Below are positions 17,023-23,382 of a stretch of DNA of 64,000 nt, piece by piece. The notes under the pieces were generated by a model. The model ran no database searches and was not told the origin of the DNA. It was given only the letters and a program-made list of their open reading frames with translations. How positions within the stretch are numbered: position 1 is the first letter of the stretch; each line of letters begins with the position of its first letter. The stretch comes from a virus (lineage: Duplodnaviria; Caudoviricetes), in the IMG/VR virus record IMGVR_UViG_3300037722_000745, positions 224,001 to 288,000 of that record; one strand, given 5' to 3'. The translations under genes were made by a program, and so were the position numbers.

Positions 17023-17067
17023 GAAACCTTCACCTACTAGAAGACGAGAACGCCGAAGCGTTACAAG

Positions 17068-17138
17068 TGCGCGTGGAGGGGATCGAACCCTCATCTGCTG
17101 GGTGGAAGCCAGCTATCCTACCATTGAACGACACACGC
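17068..17138 (-). tRNA. tRNA-Gly(TCC)
   Basis: Loop CTTCCAC; discriminator is A rather than the usual U. Confidence 0.85.
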
Positions 17139-17214
17139 TTATGCCCCGTAGTTGGCGGCCTCCCAAGGCAAAAGTCAGAACTCACAAGGCGGCGGAAGCT
17201 GTACTTCTCTCAGC

Positions 17215-17442
17215 TTAGGAGGTCTTTGTGTGTCTTTTGTACTGACCGGAATTGGCTCCGTATTCACGTTTGATCCAATTAGCAGGTCCTATTTTCAAGG
17301 CACCCTTGACTTGGCCCGAGTTCGCACCGAACTCTTTCTTGATCCACGCCAAGGCTTTAGCGTCTTGTTCCTTCGTATGCGCTGCTGTTCGAAGAGCTAG
17401 CTCGACAAGCTTCGTAGCAATTTCGACCCTACTGGGATTCAC
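17215..17442 (-). CDS. hypothetical protein with internal repeat
   Basis: WIK(K/R)E(F/Y)GANSGQ occurs twice. Confidence 0.65.
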   Translation of the reverse strand: MNPSRVEIATKLVELALRTAAHTKEQDAKALAWIKKEFGANSGQVKGALKIGPANWIKREYGANSGQYKRHTKTS

Positions 17443-17585
17443 GCCTTGGCTGTAGGCAAGAATTTAACGAAGCTCAGACTGTAACTCTTGAGGGGTCGAA
17501 ATTTTGCGCATAACACCATAGAAAAGCCATAAATGGCTTAGCAGCTTACCTTGAAGGCTGGCACCCAGGACATCGAACTCGAAGC

Positions 17586-17864
17586 TTATGGGGAGCAACC
17601 CCACATGGAAAGAGTGTTCGGGATCCTCTGCGCATGCTCGGGCCAATCCTTGAACTTGTCGCCGTAGTTCTCTCGACACAACCGAGTGATCGCGATGTGA
17701 GAACTGAGACACACAGACATGATCTTACGCGTCTCCCTGGCACTCAATCCAGAAGCCGTAGGCCCAGACCTCCACAGAGCCGACAACTCCTCCTCACTAA
17801 GAGGAGCTTCCAGACTCCCTCCCAAATCGGACAAGGAAGCGTCAATATCCGCTGTAGAGGCCAT
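17586..17864 (-). CDS. hypothetical protein
   Basis: Start MASTAD; track ORF extends through tRNA. Confidence 0.5.
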   Translation of the reverse strand: MASTADIDASLSDLGGSLEAPLSEEELSALWRSGPTASGLSARETRKIMSVCLSSHIAITRLCRENYGDKFKDWPEHAQRIPNTLSMWGCSP

Positions 17865-17937
17865 CTCTCGGGTTTTTGATTGTGTTTCTGATGGGCGGAA
17901 TATACACCGCAGGCAGCATGCCCCCGAGCGCCCAAAG

Positions 17938-18028
17938 CGGAAGCCGGAGAACTCGAATCCCAAACGACCCCGAGAGGCCGTTCCCACCGCTTTCCAAGCG
18001 GGTCCAGTCCCTAACTGGTTCAGCTTCC
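17938..18028 (-). tRNA. tRNA-Ser(GGA)
   Basis: Loop TTGGAAA, long variable arm, G73, atypical D-arm. Confidence 0.75.
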
Positions 18029-18050
18029 AAGGGGAGCCTGTTGAGGGAAT

Positions 18051-18158
18051 CGTCTCGCCGCAGCGAGCAATGAGTGCATGACTACACCAAGCCAACAAGC
18101 GCTGATGGAAGCAGGCCAGTTGCGTGACTACGTAGTGGACCTGTCGGGAGTTGAACCC
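18051..18158. repeat. 108-bp cassette, copy 1 (family B hairpin, GGTGTA motif, tRNA-Ala 3' end)
   Basis: Matches 19438..19545 with 2 mismatches. Confidence 0.9.
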
Positions 18159-18212
18159 CGATCCCGGTTACCACCGTACCAAGGTGGTGCTCTGCCACTG
18201 AGCTATACGGGC
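18136..18212 (-). tRNA. chimeric tRNA-Thr(GGT) with tRNA-Ala-derived 3' end
   Basis: 5' GCCCGTA does not pair with 3' CAGGTCC, which is identical to the tRNA-Ala end at 19523-19545. Confidence 0.7.
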
Positions 18213-18548
18213 GTTGAACCGAAAGACAACCCTCTCTCTAGCTTGCCTCCTAGACTCCATATCGCGTAAGGCATGCCTCAGAATTTGAAGGTTGACGATC
18301 GCATCGTAAAGCTCCCGCTCCTTCGCTCCGCTGTCTATAAGCCTCTCTAGTTTATCGATCTCTCGTCGGATCCGATTCCGATCTTGCAAACGCTTAGGGA
18401 GCCGCAAGCCTGTGGTCCGATCCTGACGCTCAACCTTCCTAAGTTGCTGCTCGATATAGTCCACCTCTTTTGGGGTCAAGGATCGAGGCAGTAGTCCAGG
18501 CCGAGGGAAAGTCACCTCAAAAGGACGGTCCGGTTTGGGTACCGGCAT
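18168..18548 (-). CDS. hypothetical coiled-coil protein
   Basis: ORF adjoining upstream gene; tail reads into tRNA. Confidence 0.6.
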   Translation of the reverse strand: MPVPKPDRPFEVTFPRPGLLPRSLTPKEVDYIEQQLRKVERQDRTTGLRLPKRLQDRNRIRREIDKLERLIDSGAKERELYDAIVNLQILRHALRDMESRRQARERVVFRFNARIAQWQSTTLVRW

Positions 18549-19054
18549 CAGATCTGACCTAACACCTTTCGAACCAACCGCATGAACGTCAGTCCAGCGA
18601 GTTCAGGATCTGTGCTGAATGCGGTCTCCGTGATAGACCGTTTGAAGTCAGCTCCGCTCAAGGGTTTGTGAGGCACATACCCGAACGAAAGTAACGGAAG
18701 ACCGCCCCGGATTGACAACATCAACGTGAAGGTCTCCAAAGCGGGTCGAGTGGAGAAGTAGTAGTACAGCTTCATCCGCTGCTGGGTAGCATTCATGTAG
18801 AAACGATCGCCATGGAACTTCCGCCTGAATGCTGAAAGGGCCTTGGGTAAGAGGATCTCGATAGACAACTTGGCCGCATCAAAGACCTCTTGCGCAGACG
18901 TTGGCACCCCGACTTCAGGAGGACCCCAACGAGCTTGCCGGGCCATCCTCTCGGACCACGGAACGACCCATGACGGGATTTCCGGCTGCCAGTCCCCAAG
19001 GGCTACCTGGTAACCCCACCTGGCCGCCACGCGCTTTGCAAGAGTACCCATCAC
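18548..19054 (-). CDS. hypothetical (putative virion) protein
   Basis: N-terminus LAKRVAARW. Confidence 0.7.
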   Translation of the reverse strand: MMGTLAKRVAARWGYQVALGDWQPEIPSWVVPWSERMARQARWGPPEVGVPTSAQEVFDAAKLSIEILLPKALSAFRRKFHGDRFYMNATQQRMKLYYYFSTRPALETFTLMLSIRGGLPLLSFGYVPHKPLSGADFKRSITETAFSTDPELAGLTFMRLVRKVLGQI

Positions 19055-19084
19055 CTCGTGCAGTGTGATGGGTAGATTAGTGAG

Positions 19085-19158
19085 GCTACCTGACGGGACT
19101 CGAACCCGCTCTCACCGGACCCACAATCCGGCCGCCATCCTATCGGCGCTCAGGCAGC
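19085..19158 (-). tRNA. tRNA-His(GTG)
   Basis: Loop TTGTGGG, G-1 and C73. Confidence 0.85.
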
Positions 19159-19258
19159 AGAAGTATCACAACGGTCCCGGGCCGGGTGCGACGAGCTAGC
19201 CACACGCGCCGAGTAGCTAGCTCGGACGCGCTGCGTTCTGTGCCCCGTTGTGACACGG

Positions 19259-19341
19259 TGCGAACGAGAGGAGTCGAACCTCCACGACCTCGCGATCAGC
19301 TGGGTTTGAGCCAGCCGCGTCTGCCATTCCGCCACGTTCGC
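19259..19341 (-). tRNA. tRNA-Leu(CAA)
   Basis: Loop CTCAAAC, long variable arm. Confidence 0.9.
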
Positions 19342-19355
19342 GTGAGCACTACTCA

Positions 19356-19391
19356 GTCTCGCTCTTAGGGGAGGCGAGCTTCCTTTGATCC
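19356..19391. repeat. solitary CRISPR-repeat-like unit (family A)
   Basis: GTCTCGCTCTTAGGGGAGGCGAGCTTCC, 14 nt upstream of tRNA-Leu(CAA). Confidence 0.85.
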
Positions 19392-19437
19392 CATACAGGA
19401 AATCCTTCTTGCAAGCTACGGTGCTGGAGACAGGAGT

Positions 19438-19545
19438 CGTCTCGCCGCAGCGAGCAATGAGTGTATGACTACACCAAGCCAACAAGCGCTGATGGAAGCA
19501 GGCCAGTTGCGTGACTACGTGGTGGACCTGTCGGGAGTTGAACCC
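19438..19545. repeat. 108-bp cassette, copy 2
   Basis: See 18051..18158. Confidence 0.9.
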
Positions 19546-19591
19546 GCAAACTCTCCTTGCAAGGGAGAGCCCTGACCCGTCAGACAAGCCC
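19520..19591 (-). tRNA. tRNA-Ala(TGC), reduced D-arm
   Basis: Loop CTTGCAA, G3:U70, CCA. Confidence 0.75.
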
Positions 19592-19595
19592 ATTT

Positions 19596-19676
19596 AGGTC
19601 CGAGGCGAATTGTCGACTCCGCGTCTCCAGCTTCCGTACGCAATAGCTGGCGCTCTAACACTGAGCTACTCGAACC
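19596..19676 (-). ncRNA. tRNA-like RNA with 14-nt anticodon loop
   Basis: 8-bp GGTTCGAG/CTCGGACC stem, normal D-arm, CCAGC-TATTGCGTACGGAA-GCTGG, altered T-loop. Confidence 0.55.
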
Positions 19677-19678
19677 AG

Positions 19679-19750
19679 CGGAGCCGAGGGGACTCGAACC
19701 CCCCTCACTGGCGTGACAAGCCAGCCGCCTCACCCGATGCGTACGGCTCC
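19679..19750 (-). tRNA. tRNA-Asp(GTC)
   Basis: GGAGCCG/CGGCTCC, loop TTGTCAC region, G73. Confidence 0.85.
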
Positions 19751-19754
19751 GTAA

Positions 19755-20009
19755 GTCCCACTCTTGATGGAGGTGGGCTTCCGTTGTGACCGTGCGGATT
19801 TCGGAGATGACGCTGAAGCCGTCATCGGTCCCACTCTTGATGGAGGTGGGCTTCCGTTGTGACTTCGCTCCGATCGCAATCCCGCAGGATCGCGACCAGC
19901 CGTCCCACTCTTGATGGAGGTGGGCTTCCGTTGCTGCCAGGCAGGACGGCTCGAAGTGGCTAAGATGATGTTGGTCCCACTCTTGATGGAGGTGGGCTTC
20001 CGTTGCTGC
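19755..20009 (-). CRISPR. CRISPR mini-array, 4 x 36-nt repeats, 3 spacers (37, 38, 36 nt)
   Basis: Repeat GTCCCACTCTTGATGGAGGTGGGCTTCCGTTG(TGA/CTG)C at 19755, 19828, 19902, 19974; orientation inferred from leader position and tRNA strand. Confidence 0.95.
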
Positions 20010-20170
20010 AGTGCGCTCAAAAAGACCTAAAATTTCCAAAGAGCTGAGAGCCGGATTGCGAGAGCCTCTGCAAACTCCCGCTAAATCCGACTCCATGGAG
20101 AGTACTACACTGTTCACAGAGAGCGCAAGACCCTAAATTCATTGTCTTGCGAGCGATCCCCGGGCTCCAG
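20010..20170 (-). promoter_or_regulatory. putative CRISPR leader
   Basis: Non-coding, AT-richer, near-IHF-consensus ATTCATTGTCTTG. Confidence 0.55.
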
Positions 20171-20356
20171 GCGTCACCGAGGCTCTCGCGTTCCGATGCC
20201 GTCCAACAAGGAAACTCCACGTCCCGGCGAAGAGTTGAGAGCATGGGCAGTACCGTGCCCACAAGGGCCAGTCCTCTCGCTCAACCCCGCGAAGTCGAGC
20301 TGTTTCAGGAATGTGACACGGGTTTTGGTTGATGCTGGCCAAACATGACTACCCAG

Positions 20357-20432
20357 TGGAGCCGGCGGGGATCGAACCCGCCGCAAAGCCGCATTGCAAG
20401 TGCAGCTCGCCCCCGCCAACCGATACGGCTGA
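20357..20432 (-). tRNA. tRNA-Ala(TGC)-like, first two acceptor pairs broken
   Basis: Loop CTTGCAA, T-arm normal, TCAGCCG/CGGCTCC. Confidence 0.6.
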
Positions 20433-20440
20433 GGGGTATC

Positions 20441-20833
20441 TCACCGAAGAGATGACGGCTCATAAAGTGTCAATAGCTCCTTTGCCCAATCTACGAGGTC
20501 CGACACCCTCGCGCCGGTAGGTTGCGGACTTCGCCACAACTCCAGGTTGCACGGTCTGTTGTCGTCCCTAACCCCGTTCTTGTGGTGTACCGTCTCACCC
20601 GGCAAGAGATAGCGGCCAAGGACTTCCTCCATCACAAGGATGTGCTCAAACACGTACGGACCGCTTGTAGCCCTAGGGTGCAGCGGAACTCGCCGCATCA
20701 CGTATCGAATCGGATCGCCGCACCCAAGGCAGGGTACCTTTGGGAGAGATCGCCGCCGACACATCGGGCATTTCCGATGTCTGCTACTTGGTGTGAAAAG
20801 TCTGCAACACGAGCTACAAGTTTTGACAGCCAT
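20441..20833 (-). CDS. HNH homing-type endonuclease with N-terminal Zn fingers (apparent internal deletion)
   Basis: YVFEHILVME..LGRYL...ETVHHKNGVRDDNRPCNLELW. Confidence 0.85.
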   Translation of the reverse strand: MAVKTCSSCCRLFTPSSRHRKCPMCRRRSLPKVPCLGCGDPIRYVMRRVPLHPRATSGPYVFEHILVMEEVLGRYLLPGETVHHKNGVRDDNRPCNLELWRSPQPTGARVSDLVDWAKELLTLYEPSSLR

Positions 20834-20896
20834 TAGTCACCGAGACAGTCTCGGCGTGCAGGGTACACCACGTGCAGGTTGCCATCTTCGTACCCT

Positions 20897-21295
20897 TGGA
20901 CTCGGTGGGAATCGAACCCACGTCCTAGAAAGCTATCGAACAGCGTCTACGTGCGTAGCGTGACTTCGGACTCGGTTAAGGTCGTGCCCATGCCTCACGC
21001 CGGCTTCCACCTGGGGCGTGACTGGTTTTCCAGTCTTGCCTCCACCACCGATCTAGCGACCTAAGGTCTTGCGACCCGTTTCCCACAGCCAATCGGACTC
21101 TGTGGTGCAGCCCTGCGTTTACTTACGCCGCTCGAAATCGAAGCAGGGAATCTACCCCGAGCGACGGCTCAGGCAGCCTGAGCAAAGCCGTTATAGTTGG
21201 CTTTTCTTGTTTGGTCGGCTTGATAACCCGGCCTGCTGACCAACCGGGGCACGCTGCTGCTCGAATTACCTCCCAGTCGAAACCTTTACGAGCCC
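20897..21295 (-). ncRNA. ssrA: tmRNA
   Basis: GGGCTCG/CGAGTCC acceptor with G3:U70, GGTTTCGAC 5' motif, T-arm, tag ORF ANYNGFAQAA-stop at 21201..21169. Confidence 0.95.
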
Positions 21296-21324
21296 TAAAT
21301 CTGTCATCGCATACACCAAAAGTC

Positions 21325-21399
21325 TGGAGCCCCTTCCCGGAATCGAACCGAGTTATCTGGTTTACAAGACCAGCGCATCACCAACTATGCTTAAGGGGC
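21325..21399 (-). tRNA. tRNA-Thr(TGT)
   Basis: Cloverleaf, loop CTTGTAA, CCA. Confidence 0.9.
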
Positions 21400-21605
21400 T
21401 TAGCTACGCCAGCAGAAAACGCTAGAGTTCTCACACCGGTCCGCACTCTAGCAGCGGCCCTACATACCCCGGGCCGCCAGCCTAGCTTGGCAGCCCACCA
21501 GGGGCCTGGTGTCAGGCGGGACGCCGTCCGAATACCTCAGAGCTTTTGACCGGGCTAGAGAGCCCAAGATGAGGGTCATCGTTCAGCATCGACCGGTGGA
21601 GAAAA

Positions 21606-21644
21606 TGGTAGCGACGGAGGGAGTCGTCTCGCCTCAGCGAGCAA
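21606..21644. repeat. family B hairpin (21626-21644) fused to a tRNA T-loop-to-CCA fragment (21606-21625)
   Basis: Minus strand TTGCTCGCTGAGGCGAGA-CGACT-CCCTC-CGTCGCT-ACCA. Confidence 0.8.
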
Positions 21645-21659
21645 TCAAGTTGGCGGCCA

Positions 21660-21763
21660 CCGCCAAAAGCCCCGTAAAGTTTAGCCCGCGTTCGAGATGA
21701 GCGACCTGGTTAGCGATTGCTTGTTTTCCGAACAAGTGCGTTTGCCAGTTACGCCACAAAGGC
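21660..21763 (-). ncRNA. 5' part of a giant-variable-region tRNA-like RNA (left boundary approximate)
   Basis: GCCTTTG, Leu-type D-arm, CTTGT-TCGGAAA-ACAAG, AACCAGGT motif shared with copy 1. Confidence 0.55.
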
Positions 21764-21768
21764 CGGAC

Positions 21769-21828
21769 GGCCTTCGACGGGACTCGAACCCGCATATGCA
21801 TGTAAGATCGTTCTGGCGGAACGCGAGC
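21769..21828 (-). ncRNA. 3' part of a giant-variable-region tRNA-like RNA
   Basis: CCGCCAG..CTTACATGC motif, T-arm, CGAAGGC acceptor strand. Confidence 0.6.
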
Positions 21829-21961
21829 TGGTGGGGAGTCTTGGAGTCGAACCAAGTTTGCTTGTAAGCGCCGCTGGCGGCTCCCTTGCGGGAGCGAGAG
21901 GCAGTGCTGGAGTATCGCTTTCGATTTACCGTCGAAATAGAGGCCAACCCTCCTACTCCCC
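21829..21961 (-). ncRNA. tRNA-like RNA with giant variable region (copy 2)
   Basis: GGGGAGT/ACTCCCC acceptor, ACCA end, two 5' hairpins, GCAA hairpin, CTTACAAGC, T-arm. Confidence 0.75.
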
Positions 21962-22068
21962 AGATGCCGGTGCTCACCACACCACCGTCGTCAACGCAAG
22001 GGACCGGCGCCCCTGTGAAGCTCTCTGGCGATGATGCAGTACCCTCTCTAATACACCAAAGAAGGCGG

Positions 22069-22140
22069 AGCAGGTAGAGGGAATCGAACCCTCGCCTCCA
22101 GCTTGGCAAGCTGGCATCCTACCGACTGGACGATACCTGC
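22069..22140 (-). tRNA. tRNA-Gly(GCC)
   Basis: Cloverleaf, loop TTGCCAA. Confidence 0.9.
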
Positions 22141-22141
22141 A

Positions 22142-22216
22142 TGGTCGGGGTGGCGGGAGTCGAACCCGCGACCTTCTGTCCCCCAGACAGACGCCCTTCC
22201 ACTGAGCTACACCCCG
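22142..22216 (-). tRNA. tRNA-Pro(GGG)
   Basis: Cloverleaf, loop CTGGGGG, CCA. Confidence 0.9.
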
Positions 22217-22236
22217 TTGTTTGGTTGCGGGAGCCG

Positions 22237-22272
22237 GTCTCGCTCTTTCAGGTGGCGAGCTACCACGGTTTT
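22237..22272. repeat. CRISPR-repeat-like unit (family A variant) between duplicated tRNA-fMet 3' ends
   Basis: GTCTCGCTCTTTCAGGTGGCGAGCTACC; GTTGCGGGAGCCGG at 22224 and 22281. Confidence 0.8.
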
Positions 22273-22281
22273 TCAAACCAG

Positions 22282-22353
22282 TTGCGGGAGCCGGAATCGA
22301 ACCGACGAGGCTTGGGTTATGAGCCCGAGTTGAGGGCCAACACTCTTCCCGCG
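22282..22353 (-). tRNA. tRNA-fMet(CAT), degenerate D-arm
   Basis: C1:A72 mismatch, GGG/CCC in anticodon stem, loop CTCATAA. Confidence 0.75.
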
Positions 22354-22354
22354 G

Positions 22355-22427
22355 TGGCCAGAGAGGGAATCGAACCCCCGACGCCTTCATCTTCAGCGAA
22401 GCGCTCTACCAACTGAGCTATCTGGCC
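22355..22427 (-). tRNA. tRNA-Phe(GAA)
   Basis: Cloverleaf, loop CTGAAGA. Confidence 0.9.
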
Positions 22428-22431
22428 GTTG

Positions 22432-22472
22432 TGGTGGGTCCTCTCGGGATCGAACCGAGTTCTCCGATTTTT
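22432..22472 (-). pseudogene. tRNA 3' half (anticodon loop to CCA)
   Basis: AAAA-ATCGG-AGAA-CTCGG-TTCGATC-CCGAG-AGGACCC-ACCA directly after a family A repeat. Confidence 0.75.
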
Positions 22473-22508
22473 GTCTCACTCTTGTAGGGGGTGAGCTTCC
22501 CTTACTCC
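22473..22508. repeat. solitary CRISPR-repeat-like unit (family A)
   Basis: GTCTCACTCTTGTAGGGGGTGAGCTTCC. Confidence 0.85.
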
Positions 22509-22535
22509 CCACTGGCCTACTAGCCAACCACTCAG

Positions 22536-22607
22536 TGCTCCTACGGGGAATCGAACCCCGGCCGCCGGGGTGAAAACCCAGCATCCTGACCACTAGACGA
22601 TAGGAGC
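22536..22607 (-). tRNA. tRNA-Glu(TTC)
   Basis: Cloverleaf, loop TTTTCAC. Confidence 0.85.
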
Positions 22608-22609
22608 GT

Positions 22610-22685
22610 TGGCGTCCCTACAGAGATTTGAACTCTGGTTTCCAGATTGAGAATCTGGCGTCCTGGCCGACTAGACGATAGGGAC
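22610..22685 (-). tRNA. tRNA-Glu(CTC)
   Basis: Cloverleaf, loop TTCTCAA, CCA. Confidence 0.9.
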
Positions 22686-22686
22686 G

Positions 22687-22762
22687 TGGAGCCCGCGATC
22701 GGGATCGAACCGACTACCTCCTGCGTACGAAGCAGGCGCCCTACCTTCAGGGCCTCACGGGC
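22687..22762 (-). tRNA. tRNA-Thr(CGT)
   Basis: Cloverleaf, loop TTCGTAC, CCA. Confidence 0.85.
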
Positions 22763-22764
22763 AA

Positions 22765-22824
22765 AGCGTGGCGAGCCTTCGGGGCCTCTTACACAGATCG
22801 CCGTACAGACGATGCGACCACACT
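22765..22824 (-). ncRNA. possible D-armless tRNA-like RNA (GTA loop)
   Basis: AGTGTGG/CCACGCT stem, ATCGT-CTGTACG-GCGAT arm, non-canonical T-arm. Confidence 0.35.
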
Positions 22825-22826
22825 AG

Positions 22827-22895
22827 CAGGCCGGCAGGGAATCGAACCCTGTCCTACGGATTTGGAGTCCGTTTGGCTTCCTTAGCCCCCGACCT
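22827..22895 (-). tRNA. tRNA-Trp(CCA)
   Basis: AGGTCGG/CCGGCCT, loop CTCCAAA, short D-arm. Confidence 0.8.
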
Positions 22896-22940
22896 AGATT
22901 TATCTCGCTCTTCCGCCAGCCAAGGCATACACGCATTGCT

Positions 22941-22976
22941 GTCTCGCTCTTGAAGGAGGCGAGCTTCCTTTGCGAG
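22941..22976. repeat. solitary CRISPR-repeat-like unit (family A)
   Basis: GTCTCGCTCTTGAAGGAGGCGAGCTTCCTTTGCGAG. Confidence 0.85.
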
Positions 22977-23008
22977 AGTCCTGCCACACCGTCTGATTAA
23001 ACGCCTCT

Positions 23009-23084
23009 TGGCTCCAGGGGAGGGACTCGAACCCCCATCTTTCCGGTTAACAGCCGGACGCATTACCATTAGTGCTACCCTGGA
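23009..23084 (-). tRNA. tRNA-Asn(GTT)
   Basis: Cloverleaf, loop CTGTTAA, CCA. Confidence 0.9.
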
Positions 23085-23310
23085 ATATGACAGGTGGGGA
23101 CCCCGAAGCCTTAGGAGCCGCAAGGCCCCCACCATCGGCGAGATGATCCCCGCTACAGAGCCGCTCCCCGAAGGTCGCGGGTACCGCGTGCGAGGCTACA
23201 TTCGCCGCACCGAATTCCTATTCAGTTGTCATAGAGCTGTAGGTGCTTCCACGGGACCTGTGTCCCGAAGTGCTTTCGCCCCCTCCATTGGAGGCGCTCT
23301 TTCGCACCAG

Positions 23311-23382
23311 TGGGTGGCATGGGAATCGAACCCACCTGTGCCTGATTAAGAGTCAGGTGCATCGCCTTGATGCTAACCACCC
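23311..23382 (-). tRNA. tRNA-Lys(CTT)
   Basis: Cloverleaf, loop CTCTTAA. Confidence 0.85.

Noticed and set aside
19515-20117. 200-aa and 96-aa ORFs with repeating ATEAHLHQEWD / RKPTSIKSGT peptides
   Set aside because: They are translations of the CRISPR repeats and tRNAs, not proteins
23240-23275. CAGGTCCCGTGGAAGCACC resembling the SRP RNA core
   Set aside because: The GNRA loop and AGCAG motif are incomplete and no long flanking helix was found; kept only as an unassigned structured region
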